Notes: generated by a model not told the origin, from the sequence alone. 64,000 nt of DNA from an uncultured Thermoplasmata archaeon (GCA_963773945.1 CAVZDD010000005.1:908163-972162), one strand, 5' to 3'; shown: positions 1 to 9,567, counted from the stretch's first letter. Numbers and translations: made by a program.

Positions 1-1552
1 CCGCCTCGGCCTTCTGGGTGGATTCGGTTTCAAGCTGCTTGACCGAAAGGTCGCGGATGGTCAACGCCTGCTCCCGCCGACCCAGTTCGTCGCGGGCCTT
101 CTTGGCCTCCTCGAAGGAGCCCTCGAGCTGCTTGGTCCGGGACGTGAGGGCTTGCCGCTCTTCCTCGAGACGGGCGCGAAGCTGGGACAGCTCCACGTCC
201 CGCTTCGCCACCTCCTGGGTCTTCGCGGCGAGCGAAGTCCGGTCCGCGGAGGCGACCGACGCGAGACCTTCCCGGCCGCGCAGGTCGCTTTCGAGTTTCA
301 TCATCTCGGCCGTCTTCGCCTCGAGCTGGGCTTGACGGCTGGTGAGGCGCGCCTCGAGCACCTTGAGTTCGTCGACCTTCTGCAACTGGTCGTCGCCGCG
401 CGACTTGACCTCCAGCTCCCGGCGCCCGAGGTCCGACTCGCGGTCGCCGACCGACCGTTCGCGCTCGATGAGGCGCTGCTGCCGACTGGCCAACTGTTGG
501 ATCTGGAGCTTCAGCGTCGCTTCCTTGTCCTCCGCGGCCTGGCGGGTCGCGTCCGATTTCGCGGCGTCGAGTTGGACAGCCTGCTCCCGCTGGACGACTT
601 CGGAGCCCCGCTTGCGCACGTCGGCTTCGAATGCGTCGAGAGCCGCCTGGTCATTCTCGTGAGCGCGGGTCCGGTCGTGAAGCGCCGCCTCGCTGCTCTC
701 CACGTCCGCTTCCCGGCGAATGAGCGTTTGTTCGCGGAAGGAGAGGGCCTGGTCGCGGCGTTGGAGCTCCTCCGCGAAGGCAGAGAGCTGACCTTGCCCG
801 CCTTGCATGACCTCACGTTCGTGAACTTCGGTGCCCGACGAGATCAGGTGGAGGAACGAGCCCGCGGTCTGGAAAAGCGCGGCGCCCACGAAGAACGTCG
901 TCGCGAGTCCGCTCGCGGCCGCCGTCGGATTCTTCGTAACTTCGGGGAGGTAGAGGGCGAGCGCGAGCGGCACCGGGATCGCCGACGCGACGATGGAGGC
1001 GATCTTGCGCTGGCTCCAGTCCTGCCAAGTCAGGGCCATGCCGATGAGCGGCAGGGCGATCCCGAGCAGAGCCAGCGGGTAGAACGTCGGGAGTAGGCTC
1101 CAGTGTTGGGTAGGTCCGACCTGGGCCAACCGAGCGAAGAGGAGGAAGGCCAGGACGATGTTGTAGGCCAGCGCGGCCCACGACACGATGAAATGCGGCT
1201 CGGCGTGCGAAAAGCGTTCGGACTGCCACTTTACTTGGACCCCGATGCCGGCGAGAATCAGGCCGGCTCCGAGTGGGAAGAGGGCGGGGAAGAGCGTCTT
1301 CAGGAGCGGGGCGGCGGTGATCTGGAGGCCGGGCTGCAAGTAGAGTACGAGGAATCCGTCGAGCAGGAGGGCGATAGTGACCACGACGCTGTAGTAGTGC
1401 GCCGAGCGCCCGATCTTGAGCTGGATGAGGGCATCCTGTCTTGCGCGCTCGAGCTCCGCGGCGGAGGGCCGGACCGGGCCTCGCGCCGCCGGAGCCGGTG
1501 CGGTTGCTGAGGTAGAAGGGCCAGGGGTGGCCCGGGACCGTTGCTTGGCCAC
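1..1552 (-). CDS. Partial gene (3' end beyond the window start): N-terminal multi-pass membrane domain followed by a long coiled-coil. Probable GTG start at 1552..1550 immediately after an in-frame TAG.
   Basis: Manual translation of the minus strand (frame with high coordinate = 1 mod 3) gives ...VAKQRSRATPGP...QDALIQLKIGRSAHYYSVVVTIALLLDGFLVLYLQPGLQ... then RARLEEERQALTSRTKQLEGSFEEAKKARDELGRREQALTIRDLSVKQLE... The ORF runs off the window edge, so it is missing from the ORF track. The plus-strand ORFs 152..1096 and 1103..1510 are its antisense shadows. Confidence 0.5.
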   Translation of the reverse strand, partial: MAKQRSRATPGPSTSATAPAPAARGPVRPSAAELERARQDALIQLKIGRSAHYYSVVVTIALLLDGFLVLYLQPGLQITAAPLLKTLFPALFPLGAGLILAGIGVQVKWQSERFSHAEPHFIVSWAALAYNIVLAFLLFARLAQVGPTQHWSLLPTFYPLALLGIALPLIGMALTWQDWSQRKIASIVASAIPVPLALALYLPEVTKNPTAAASGLATTFFVGAALFQTAGSFLHLISSGTEVHEREVMQGGQGQLSAFAEELQRRDQALSFREQTLIRREADVESSEAALHDRTRAHENDQAALDAFEADVRKRGSEVVQREQAVQLDAAKSDATRQAAEDKEATLKLQIQQLASRQQRLIERERSVGDRESDLGRRELEVKSRGDDQLQKVDELKVLEARLTSRQAQLEAKTAEMMKLESDLRGREGLASVASADRTSLAAKTQEVAKRDVELSQLRARLEEERQALTSRTKQLEGSFEEAKKARDELGRREQALTIRDLSVKQLETESTQKAEA

Positions 1553-1618
1553 GGAGTCCGCCTACACTTGAGAGCGGTGGCGCCGTTACTTAATCACTCG
1601 CTTTTTCGAGGCCCGCCC

Positions 1619-2551
1619 TCAAGGAGGCGGCCGCTCCGCAGCGACCAGAAGAGCGGCTGCATCCGACTGCCGGTTCGGCTCGCGGCCAATGGCCTCTTCG
1701 AGCTCCAAGAGGTGTCCCCAAGCACGGGGGGCGGCTCGAATCGCGGTGAGCCGGCTGGCATCGTTCCCGAGACAAGGCGCCACCGCCACCGTTTCTTTGA
1801 TCTCGAATCCGGCGGCCCGGAGACGGGCCTGTACGTCGGCGGTAGCGAACCGGCGGAACCGGCGCGCCCCGGTGTCGCGCTCGCGCACGGGTTCGAACCC
1901 CTCCCTCAGCACCCTCGGTTGGAGGGCCCGGACCGGGGCCGCGAACAGTCGTGCAATCGCCCCCGTGGGCAATCGGTGGAGGTACTTCGACCGCTCCCCT
2001 CCGCCCGCGACGAACTCGATCAGCAGCCTGCCCCCCGGAGCGACAAGTGCGCAAGCTCGCTTCAGGAGCTCCGGCGCGTCACGCTCGGCGAAACCCAAGA
2101 CGTTCCCGAGCATGGCCACGCGGTGGAACCGCATCGGTCGAAACGGCGGAGCAACCGCATCACCCTGGACGAGGTCGAATTCGAATCGGGCATTCCGGGG
2201 GGAGTCCGCCCGCACCCGTTCGAGCATCGCGCGAGAGAGTTCGAGAAGGGTCACTCGGTCATCCGAGTGGCCGATGCGCCGCGTGAACCGACCGGGACCG
2301 GGACCGATCTCAAGGCTTCGGCCCGGATGGAAGGGCCGATGACGAGCGAGGAATCGCTCCCGGAGCTCCCGGTAGAGGTCGCGGAGCGGGCTCCCTTCGT
2401 ATCGCTGCCACTCGCGATCGACGCGGTAGTCGTCCCACTCGAGGAAGCGGTGCCGACCAGGGGGGTTGGAGCTTTGGATCCTCCGCGCCGCCGAGAGGGC
2501 GACCCCATGAGGGCGGGGTGGATTCTGAGGGGACTTTCGGGGCGTCGTCAT
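1619..2551 (-). CDS. Class I SAM-dependent methyltransferase
   Basis: Motif I LEIGPGPGRFT and a typical post-I/II Rossmann-fold MTase layout; start uncertain. Confidence 0.6.
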   Translation of the reverse strand: MTTPRKSPQNPPRPHGVALSAARRIQSSNPPGRHRFLEWDDYRVDREWQRYEGSPLRDLYRELRERFLARHRPFHPGRSLEIGPGPGRFTRRIGHSDDRVTLLELSRAMLERVRADSPRNARFEFDLVQGDAVAPPFRPMRFHRVAMLGNVLGFAERDAPELLKRACALVAPGGRLLIEFVAGGGERSKYLHRLPTGAIARLFAAPVRALQPRVLREGFEPVRERDTGARRFRRFATADVQARLRAAGFEIKETVAVAPCLGNDASRLTAIRAAPRAWGHLLELEEAIGREPNRQSDAAALLVAAERPPP

Positions 2552-2584
2552 GCCGAGGGTTGGTTACCTCCGCGCTCCCGGTGC

Positions 2585-2591
2585 TTATAAA
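2585..2591 (+). promoter_or_regulatory. Archaeal TATA box (TTATAAA) about 35 bp upstream of the 2626 ATG
   Basis: AT-rich heptamer in otherwise 65% GC DNA, correctly spaced for a short-leader transcript; GAGG 9 nt upstream of the ATG. Confidence 0.4.
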
Positions 2592-2625
2592 GCCCCGACG
2601 CACTCCCGCTTCGAGGAATCCTGGG

Positions 2626-2784
2626 ATGCCATACTACGAATGTCCGAAGTGCGGTGGCGGATACGTCATCGATGTTCCCCCTAGCTCTCGACCGACCTGC
2701 GATCGCGATGGCGCGCGCTTGAAGCGTGCCAGCGATGCCTCGTACAGCAAGTACGCCCGAGACAAGGAACTCCGCAAGAAGTAG
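2626..2784 (+). CDS. Small zinc-ribbon protein (52 aa, CPxCG...C-x-x-D)
   Basis: MPYYECPKCGGGYVIDVPPSSRPTCDRDG...; internal ATG of track ORF 2518..2784 preceded by a TATA box. Confidence 0.5.
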   Translation: MPYYECPKCGGGYVIDVPPSSRPTCDRDGARLKRASDASYSKYARDKELRKK

Positions 2785-2789
2785 GCTCC

Positions 2790-3224
2790 TCACGAGGGGC
2801 GAACGCCCCGACCGCTCCGCCGGATCCTCCGCGCATCGTCCAGGATCTGGTCGTGGTCGAACGCGAGCCCGCGAGCCTGTTTCAAGGGAATCCAGCGGGC
2901 TTCGTAGGCGTCGGAACCCCCGGTAGGGATCCCCGGTCTCCCGCGCATCCGAAACGCCACGGAAACCGTGGGGCCTCTAGGGTCCCGGCCGATTTTGGAG
3001 TACACCCCCGCCAGCGCCCGGACGGTGGCTCGGAGCCCTGTCTCCTCTTCGAGCTCACGGACGACGGCCTCTTCCACGGTTTCGCCGACCTCGACAAACC
3101 CCCCAGGGAGCGCCCAACGTCCGCGGAATGGTGGGCGTCCCCGACGTACCAGGAGAACCTTTCCCCGGACGACCCAAACAGCGTCGACCGTCAGGGAAGG
3201 ACCGGGATACTGCCGCCGCGCCAC
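2790..3224 (-). CDS. NUDIX hydrolase
   Basis: Nudix box GGFVEVGETVEEAVVRELEEETGL. The N-terminus is trimmed to an in-frame GTG because the track ORF would overlap the divergent gene starting at 3277. Confidence 0.7.
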   Translation of the reverse strand: MARRQYPGPSLTVDAVWVVRGKVLLVRRGRPPFRGRWALPGGFVEVGETVEEAVVRELEEETGLRATVRALAGVYSKIGRDPRGPTVSVAFRMRGRPGIPTGGSDAYEARWIPLKQARGLAFDHDQILDDARRIRRSGRGVRPS

Positions 3225-3244
3225 TTGGAACCCAAGACCACGGG

Positions 3245-3250
3245 TATATA
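3245..3250 (+). promoter_or_regulatory. TATA box (TATATA) 27 bp upstream of a GTG start at 3277 (leaderless)
   Basis: gggTATATAggg motif in GC-rich DNA at the expected distance from the start. Confidence 0.4.
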
Positions 3251-3276
3251 GGGCGAGACTTCGCGTGTATACCGCC

Positions 3277-5103
3277 GTGGTCAAGGCCGAACCTCCCTCC
3301 CGCCGTTCGGGCACGGTCGCGAAATCCCCCGCCAAGGGGGGCAAGCCGGCGCTGTCGCCGGGCCCCCGTGTACGGAAGGAGCCCACCTTCGACGAACTGG
3401 CGAAACGGGTCTCCGCGGCGCAAGGTCCGCGCCGCGGGTCGGTGGTTCAGCCGCCCTCGGCCTGGCAGCCCGACGAGGTCACGCTCTCGTTCGCCCTACG
3501 CTGGCTCGAAGACGGTAGCCACCAGGAACTTCCCGCACCCATCGTCCTCGCGACGATCCTGATCGCGGTGGAATCCGAACGCCGCCGGTTCCTCCACATG
3601 CTCACGTCCGGCGGCAACGAGGAGATCGAATCCATTGCGAACGTGTTCTGGCCTCTGATTGTACTCCCAGGACCCAAGCCGCCGCAGGTCGCGATTTTCG
3701 ACGGGACCGGTGTCTGGACCCGCACGTTCCGCTACACGTTGCTCCCCCCGATGGACCAGGTCCACTCGTTGCTCGAGCGTCCCGGCACCGCCGCCGACTT
3801 CGCGGCCCAGTCCCGGAACCTGCTCCCGCTCTTCGGCCACGACCCGGGGGCCGAGAAGCTCACCGTGGAGGGCTTCCTTCCCGTGGACCCCCCCCTGATG
3901 TTCGACGTGCTATCGCACAGCGACTTCCGAAGCGATCCCCAGGTACCGCATGCCGGGTTCCTTCCCGCGCGGCACGATGCCGCCTGGTACCGGGATGTGG
4001 TGAGCCAGATGCAACGGTGGCTCGACCGCTTTGAACAGGACCTGGCCACCCTCGGCGCCGTGCGCGAGCGGGCTGCGCAGCGGGTGGCCCAGCTCAATGC
4101 GGAACTCGATGTCGACCTCCGCCGCCTGGAGACCGATGTTCAACAGCAACGCCAACAGACCATTCAATCGATCGAAGCCGAGATGCAGTCCATCGAAGCC
4201 CGGCATCAGCAGTCGGTCCGGCGACACCTGGAAGGCATCCGCCTCGCCCAGGCGCAGGGCGCTCACGCCCAGGCCTCGGCCTCCACCGCCGATGCGCTGG
4301 TCCAACGCGCGAAGCACCGCCAGGCCGAATCGGACCACCACGCGGCCCGCGCCCGCGACGCCGACCGGGTAGCCCGTCAGGCGGACCGGGACGTGGAAGA
4401 CCTTCGTCGCGAGCTCGAGCGGGTGCACACTCAAGAGCGCGCTGAGCTCGAGCGGTCGATCGCGCGGGCGGGCCAGGTCGAGCAAGAACACGCCCGCCGG
4501 CTATCGGAGCGCGAACTGGCCCGGGATGATTTCACGGCCGGGGGGGCCGACCTGATCAAAGCGATCGACGGGCAACTCGCGGCACGCTCGATGCAGAAGA
4601 ACCTACTCGCCGGCTACTTCCTTCCGCTGGAGTCGCTGGTCGACGTTCGGGTGATATGGTTCCCCCTCTGGACGGCCACGCTCCGGGGGCCCCGCGGCAT
4701 TCGGCAGATCGTCTATCCGCCCATGCAAGTGCGGACCGGCACCGGGATCGTCGACACGATCAAGAGCCTCTTCGGGGGCGTGGTGCTTCCGCTCGAACCG
4801 AAGACCGCCCAGTTCGACAAAGTCCTCCGGACGACCATGGAAGAGTCGCTCCAGAAGGACCCCTGGTTGAGCGTGGCGACCCAAGAACTCAGTCGGGCGG
4901 CCGACGTTCTCGTCGACCCGGACCTGATGTCCCGCTTCGATGAAGGACTCACGGAATTGAGGACCGCGGGCTGGATTTCGCCGAAGCAGGCCGCGGATTT
5001 CCGACGGGCGTACTCTAGCCGCGCGAGCCGACACAGTGGAGGCGCTCCTCATTCAGGCGGCCTGCCTCCCGGTGCGGTCGCGGAACCCTACCGACCCTCG
5101 TGA
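3277..5103 (+). CDS. Hypothetical 608-aa protein with a central long coiled-coil
   Basis: Track ORF 2968..5103 trimmed to a GTG downstream of the TATA box. The central ~250 aa are heptad-like and Q/E/R/A-rich (RLETDVQQQRQQTIQSIEAEMQSIEARHQQ...); no recognisable catalytic motif. Confidence 0.5.
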   Translation: MVKAEPPSRRSGTVAKSPAKGGKPALSPGPRVRKEPTFDELAKRVSAAQGPRRGSVVQPPSAWQPDEVTLSFALRWLEDGSHQELPAPIVLATILIAVESERRRFLHMLTSGGNEEIESIANVFWPLIVLPGPKPPQVAIFDGTGVWTRTFRYTLLPPMDQVHSLLERPGTAADFAAQSRNLLPLFGHDPGAEKLTVEGFLPVDPPLMFDVLSHSDFRSDPQVPHAGFLPARHDAAWYRDVVSQMQRWLDRFEQDLATLGAVRERAAQRVAQLNAELDVDLRRLETDVQQQRQQTIQSIEAEMQSIEARHQQSVRRHLEGIRLAQAQGAHAQASASTADALVQRAKHRQAESDHHAARARDADRVARQADRDVEDLRRELERVHTQERAELERSIARAGQVEQEHARRLSERELARDDFTAGGADLIKAIDGQLAARSMQKNLLAGYFLPLESLVDVRVIWFPLWTATLRGPRGIRQIVYPPMQVRTGTGIVDTIKSLFGGVVLPLEPKTAQFDKVLRTTMEESLQKDPWLSVATQELSRAADVLVDPDLMSRFDEGLTELRTAGWISPKQAADFRRAYSSRASRHSGGAPHSGGLPPGAVAEPYRPS

Positions 5104-5133
5104 GCCCCGGCCGGGCGTCGCGAATCCGTTCCG

Positions 5134-6306
5134 TTGGCCCCCCGATCGGTCCGGAGGGCCCTCAAGGACTCCCCGGTGAGCTCCGACAGCTTGAATTCCC
5201 TCGAAGGGGCATCTACTAGGTTAGGGCGAGACACCCCTCACGGGGCCCCCCTCCTGCAGATGGACGCCGATACTTCACTCGGGACCCGGTCGCCTCGACG
5301 GCACCGGAGCCTGCCCAACGTCCGCATGGAGGAGGACCCTGCTGCTGGCCGCCCAGTGCCTTCGGTGCGGTTCAGCGAGGAAGTCGTCCCGCGAGCTCTC
5401 CGGCGGCGCGCCAGTTCCGACTCTCCCCGGACGAGTAACCTGGCCGCGAGCTTCCCGCTCTTTTTCTTTGGCGCCGGTTGTGTCGCGTCGGCGACTTTCG
5501 TCCTGCTGGAGGGCTCCCGGGCCGCCATTGGCCGGATTCCGCTGTGGCTCCCTTTCCTCGCCCTCGGGGTGATCGCGCTCGTCGGCGGGACCCTATCGGT
5601 TTTCGCCGAGCCCGACGAGCCGACCGAGGGGCCGCCACTCCCACCCCGGCCTCCGACGGTCGCAAACCGGACCCCGGCCTATTCCGGGAGGACACGCCCG
5701 GTCCCGGCCCGGGTTTCTTCCGTGCTACGACCCACCCGACCAGCACCGATTCCGAGCGCGGCCCCCCGACCGGCGCCGTTGCCCGTGCGACCCCCAGTCT
5801 CGGTCCCCCCACCTGAACTTCCCGTTTTCAAGGCATTGAGCCCGGCCGCGCCGCTGACTCCGCGCATGGTCGACGACGCTTCTTCCCTGCTCAGAGAGAT
5901 CGACCTGATCGACGCCGACCTTCACCCCACCCGATTCAAGCGCGCCGCCGCACCACCGACTTCTGGAGCCCGCGCCCCCATATCGACCCCGCAGGCTGCC
6001 ACGCCGTCGGGACTCGTCGTTGGCGGGCCAGTACGCAGGGATTCCTGGTCGCCTTCCGCGGAGGGGAAGGAACGACGGGGATCGGAGGCGCCTCGTCAGG
6101 TCGCGCATTGCGTCGGATGTGGGTCCGTCATCCTGCACTCGGGCACGGCCGCGCAATGCCAGGTCTGCGGCGAGCCCCTCTGCTCGGATTGCCGGGACCG
6201 CTCGCTGTCCGAAGGAAAGCCGAATCTCTGCCCTCTCTGCTCCCTCCTAGATTCCGTACACTCGAAAGGAACCTCGGCGGCCCGCGTGACGCGTCCCCGG
6301 ACTTGA
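5134..6306 (+). CDS. Hypothetical membrane protein: two TM helices, a Pro-rich linker, and a C-terminal double zinc ribbon (4x CxxC)
   Basis: FFFGAGCVASATFVLL / LWLPFLALGVIALVGG hydrophobic segments; PPRPP repeats; C-terminus CVGCG...CQVCG...CSDC...CPLC. Start uncertain. Confidence 0.35.
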   Translation: MAPRSVRRALKDSPVSSDSLNSLEGASTRLGRDTPHGAPLLQMDADTSLGTRSPRRHRSLPNVRMEEDPAAGRPVPSVRFSEEVVPRALRRRASSDSPRTSNLAASFPLFFFGAGCVASATFVLLEGSRAAIGRIPLWLPFLALGVIALVGGTLSVFAEPDEPTEGPPLPPRPPTVANRTPAYSGRTRPVPARVSSVLRPTRPAPIPSAAPRPAPLPVRPPVSVPPPELPVFKALSPAAPLTPRMVDDASSLLREIDLIDADLHPTRFKRAAAPPTSGARAPISTPQAATPSGLVVGGPVRRDSWSPSAEGKERRGSEAPRQVAHCVGCGSVILHSGTAAQCQVCGEPLCSDCRDRSLSEGKPNLCPLCSLLDSVHSKGTSAARVTRPRT

Positions 6307-6312
6307 ACCGGT

Positions 6313-6870
6313 CTAGGTAGAGCGCGGCACGGCGCCGGCCCACGCGACGGAGCTGACCTCGGCGAGAACAGTTTGGCCGGGAAGTTCCTCCCGGGTGGCG
6401 CATCGTTCGGGCACGAATCGGACCCCCAGACAGACGGCGCACACATGGCCCGCCCGCGTGCAGCGCGCGCACAGCCCGCTTCCATCGCATCGGGGGCAAA
6501 GTGCCATCCGACCCCAGGTCGAGGTGGCCCGGCTCGCCCGGCGGTAGCGAGCCTCGGACGACTTCGCGTCGTGGCACGCGGCGCAGAGCGATTGGAGATT
6601 CTCAAGGTCGAACGGGGCGCCCCCGTCGATCAGCTCAATCCGATGGTCAACGTCGGTCGCCGGTCGCCCGCAGCGACGGCACCTGGAGTGGCCGCGGGCG
6701 AACGCCGCCTTCCGGACGCGGCGCCAATCTGGCGTAGTGCGAGGATCGGGCCGATACCGGTGCGGGGTGAGACCGGGAAGGAAGGTGCTGGGCCCGGCGA
6801 CCACGGCTCCGTCCGCCGCTGCGTCCCCGATGGGAAGTTCGCTTTGATGACGACGCCGCATCGTTATCAC
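6313..6870 (-). CDS. HNH endonuclease
   Basis: CRRCGRPATDVDHRIELIDGG...NLQSLCAACH (HNH core with Zn ligands) plus a Cys-rich C-terminal tail. Confidence 0.65.
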   Translation of the reverse strand: MITMRRRHQSELPIGDAAADGAVVAGPSTFLPGLTPHRYRPDPRTTPDWRRVRKAAFARGHSRCRRCGRPATDVDHRIELIDGGAPFDLENLQSLCAACHDAKSSEARYRRASRATSTWGRMALCPRCDGSGLCARCTRAGHVCAVCLGVRFVPERCATREELPGQTVLAEVSSVAWAGAVPRST

Positions 6871-7851
6871 CGGTCGGGCACGAGAGACCCACCCTCGGAA
6901 ACCCCAGGGCGACTTCTAAGTACGCTCCACGATGACCCCCGCAAGGTCCTTTGTCCCTCCGGCGATGCCCCCGACGTGGGCGCCGAAGTCCGTACCGGGA
7001 CGTCCTCGTGGACCTCCGAAGCGTGGTGGGGCCGCGTCTATCCGGAGGGAACCCCACCGGCAGACCGTCTCGGGCTCTATGCGCGGCTGTTCGATTGTGT
7101 GGAAGTCGACGCGACGTACTACACCCTTCCGACACGACACATGGTGGAGGCCTGGTACTCGCGAACGCCGGCGGAGTTCCTGCTCACCCTGAAAGTGACC
7201 CGCGACCTCCTCGACCCAAAGAAACCGGTGGACGCCGAGAAACTCACGGGATTCGTCTCCGCCGCGCTGATCCTCCAGGAAAAACTGGGACCCCTCCTCC
7301 TGCAGTTTCCACCGTGGGTCAAGCCGGGACGAAGCACGGGGTTCCTCTGGGATCTATTGTCGGCGCTGCCGTCGGGTCCCAAGTATGCCGTAGAGCTCCG
7401 GGACGCTGGATGGTATGCCGGGGAGACGCGGGACCGGCTCTTCCGCGAGCTCCGGGACCGGCAGATGATCCTGACCTGGTCCAGCCTTACCTACGTCGAC
7501 ATCCCACCCGAACTGACGACCGACGAGGTGTATCTTCGGTTCATCGGTGATCACACGACCATTCCGGCCGAAACTCACGGCGAAATCCGCGCCGACCGGA
7601 CCGCCGAGACGAAGCGCTGGGCCGACCGGCTGAAGCGCGTATCGAACGACTTGCGCCGGGCCCTGGTGTTCTTCAACAACCATTACGCCGGATTTGCGCC
7701 GGAGTCGGTCAAAATCTTTCGGGAGTTACTGGGTCTCCCCCCCGTGGACTACGGTCGCTGGATGGCCGAAGGCCGAGGCGGGAGGCCCGTTCCGTCGGAG
7801 CACTCGCCGGCCCGACCCCGGTCGTCGCGGCGCCTCGATGAGTTCGGCTGA
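6847..7851 (+). CDS. DUF72 (UPF0759) family protein
   Basis: VRTGTSSWTSEAWWGRVYP matches the DUF72 N-terminal signature (IGTSGWsY..W.G.FYP). Start uncertain; the track ORF begins at 6373. Confidence 0.6.
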   Translation: MTTPHRYHRSGTRDPPSETPGRLLSTLHDDPRKVLCPSGDAPDVGAEVRTGTSSWTSEAWWGRVYPEGTPPADRLGLYARLFDCVEVDATYYTLPTRHMVEAWYSRTPAEFLLTLKVTRDLLDPKKPVDAEKLTGFVSAALILQEKLGPLLLQFPPWVKPGRSTGFLWDLLSALPSGPKYAVELRDAGWYAGETRDRLFRELRDRQMILTWSSLTYVDIPPELTTDEVYLRFIGDHTTIPAETHGEIRADRTAETKRWADRLKRVSNDLRRALVFFNNHYAGFAPESVKIFRELLGLPPVDYGRWMAEGRGGRPVPSEHSPARPRSSRRLDEFG

Positions 7852-8040
7852 CTCGACGCGGAGCCTCTGTCGATCGATCATCGGCACGCCAGTGCGGCGA
7901 CGCAACGTTTTTCGATTTTCTCCGCATGGTCATGGCCCCGATAGTCTCGTCTGAAGCCAGGTGCTCACAAGCTTGGTCTGGATAGACTGTTGGTACCAGG
8001 CCGGGCATTCGGTCGTGAACGGGCCTCGTGGGTATCGACG

Positions 8041-8403
8041 ATGCGAAGGTTCTATTCGCCCAGCCGCTTCGGGCCGCACGTGGTCCAGTCGATCACTACG
8101 ACCGAGTTGGCCGAGCTCCTGAAGCACGACACCAAGAGCATCGTACTGCTCGACGTGCGGGAGGATGATGAGCGGGCGGTTGCGCTCATCGAGCCCTCTA
8201 TCCACATCCCGATGAACACTGTACCGGACCATCTCGGGGAACTTCCCCGGGACCGCCGCGTCGTGGTCTACTGCCACCACGGAGGCCGTTCCTACGCCAT
8301 CGCCGGCTACCTCGAGACCGAGGGATTCACGAACGTATCGAATCTCACCGGGGGGATTGACGAGTGGTCCCGAATCGTCGACCCTTCGGTTCCTCGCTAC
8401 TAA
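8041..8403 (+). CDS. Rhodanese-domain sulfurtransferase
   Basis: Active-site loop CHHGGRS and typical rhodanese length; internal ATG of ORF 7990..8403. Confidence 0.7.
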   Translation: MRRFYSPSRFGPHVVQSITTTELAELLKHDTKSIVLLDVREDDERAVALIEPSIHIPMNTVPDHLGELPRDRRVVVYCHHGGRSYAIAGYLETEGFTNVSNLTGGIDEWSRIVDPSVPRY

Positions 8404-8535
8404 GGGTCGGATATCTCTCCGGCGTAGTCGTCGGAAACTTCCCGTTGTTTCCTGTTTTTCTATCGGACGACGAGCGGTGGAACCGTCCAAGGCCTCGCCG
8501 ATAGGTTTTTGACATAGGGGAGGGTCCTCGCGCGC

Positions 8536-9567
8536 ATGTCGGGAGAGTTCCCATCCTCCCCGCGCGCGCCCGGGCGAATCAATCGGCCAAACCCACGGGG
8601 CTTAGTCGTCCTCCTGGGCACATCGGCCGTCGTTGCCTTGATCGTGGTCGGAATTTGTCTAGCATCCACGGGACTGACGACCGGGCGAAGTGAAGCTTCC
8701 GTCCTCTCCCTCCGTTCCTCCTCCCTTCCCCCCGCGGCGGCCCCTTTCTCTGTGGTGAATCTCACCGCAAACAACACCACCGTCGACGTCTCGATGGCGT
8801 TCAACGTAAGCGTGGACGTCGTGAACTTGACGGGTGGTGCCCTGAACGCCTCGAACTTCACATTCGTTTGGGCGGGACTGCCGGTTTTCGTACCGGGGAC
8901 CCCCGGCTCCGGGTGCTACGGTCTGAACCCGGACAACAATTCATCGGTGCTCAACTGCACCGCGGCGTCATCCGGCGCCCTCACCGTGTCGGTCACCGCG
9001 ACTAACTATACGAGCAGTCAAAGCAACGTTTCGACGTCGTTGTCCATCCAGGTCAACGTGCTCCCGACGGAGTCCGCCTTTACGGTGAGCACTTCGGGGA
9101 TCGCCGCCACGGATCATGTATCGGTGGCCGTGAACGCCAGTATCTCGTTCAGCGTCACCGCCTCGGGAGGTACGGCTCCGCTGTCGTATTCGTACTCGGG
9201 CCTTCCGCTCGGTTGCTCGAGCACCGCCGCTTCGTTCTCTTGCATGCCGAATCGAGCGGGGATTTACAACGTGACCGCCACGGCCACGGACGGGAACGGT
9301 TACAGCACGGGCGAGATGAACGTCACGGTAACCGTGACTGCCCCGAAGACAACGACCACCTCGGCGGGAATCGGAACAACGGGCTGGGGAATTGTCATCG
9401 GCATCCTCGTGGTCGGCGCCCTGGTGACGGTGGCACTTCTCGTACAAGCGAGGCGAGAAGAACGTCGCGGTCGCATGGGCATGGAGGAAGCCACCCAGCA
9501 GTCTTCGAGCGAATCCGGCGGGTCCCCGCCCATGGGCGGCTCACCGCCCTCAGGTCCTCCAAGCTGA
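8536..9567 (+). CDS. Secreted/surface protein: N-terminal signal anchor, many N-glycosylation sequons, C-terminal TM anchor
   Basis: N-terminal LVVLLGTSAVVALIVVGICLA; more than 15 NxS/T sequons (NLTANNTTVDVS, NVSVDVVNLTGG...); C-terminal GWGIVIGILVVGALVTVALLV followed by a basic tail. Confidence 0.55.
   Translation: MSGEFPSSPRAPGRINRPNPRGLVVLLGTSAVVALIVVGICLASTGLTTGRSEASVLSLRSSSLPPAAAPFSVVNLTANNTTVDVSMAFNVSVDVVNLTGGALNASNFTFVWAGLPVFVPGTPGSGCYGLNPDNNSSVLNCTAASSGALTVSVTATNYTSSQSNVSTSLSIQVNVLPTESAFTVSTSGIAATDHVSVAVNASISFSVTASGGTAPLSYSYSGLPLGCSSTAASFSCMPNRAGIYNVTATATDGNGYSTGEMNVTVTVTAPKTTTTSAGIGTTGWGIVIGILVVGALVTVALLVQARREERRGRMGMEEATQQSSSESGGSPPMGGSPPSGPPS

Noticed and set aside
152-1510. Long plus-strand ORFs 152..1096 (314 aa) and 1103..1510 at the window start
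   Set aside because: They are antisense to a minus-strand gene whose translation gives a clean TM-helix region followed by heptad coiled-coil. The plus-strand products are Arg/Leu/Glu-rich with no domain features, the typical shadow of a coiled-coil and membrane gene in 65% GC DNA.
7930-8490. ORF 7930..8490 (-), ORF 8460..8861 (-), ORF 9395..10297 (-), ORF 11039..12289 (+), ORF 16829..17812 (-)
   Set aside because: Each lies antisense or out of frame to a better-supported gene (rhodanese, surface proteins, TauE). Products are Arg/Pro/Gly-rich, low-complexity and lack motifs. These are GC-driven shadow ORFs.
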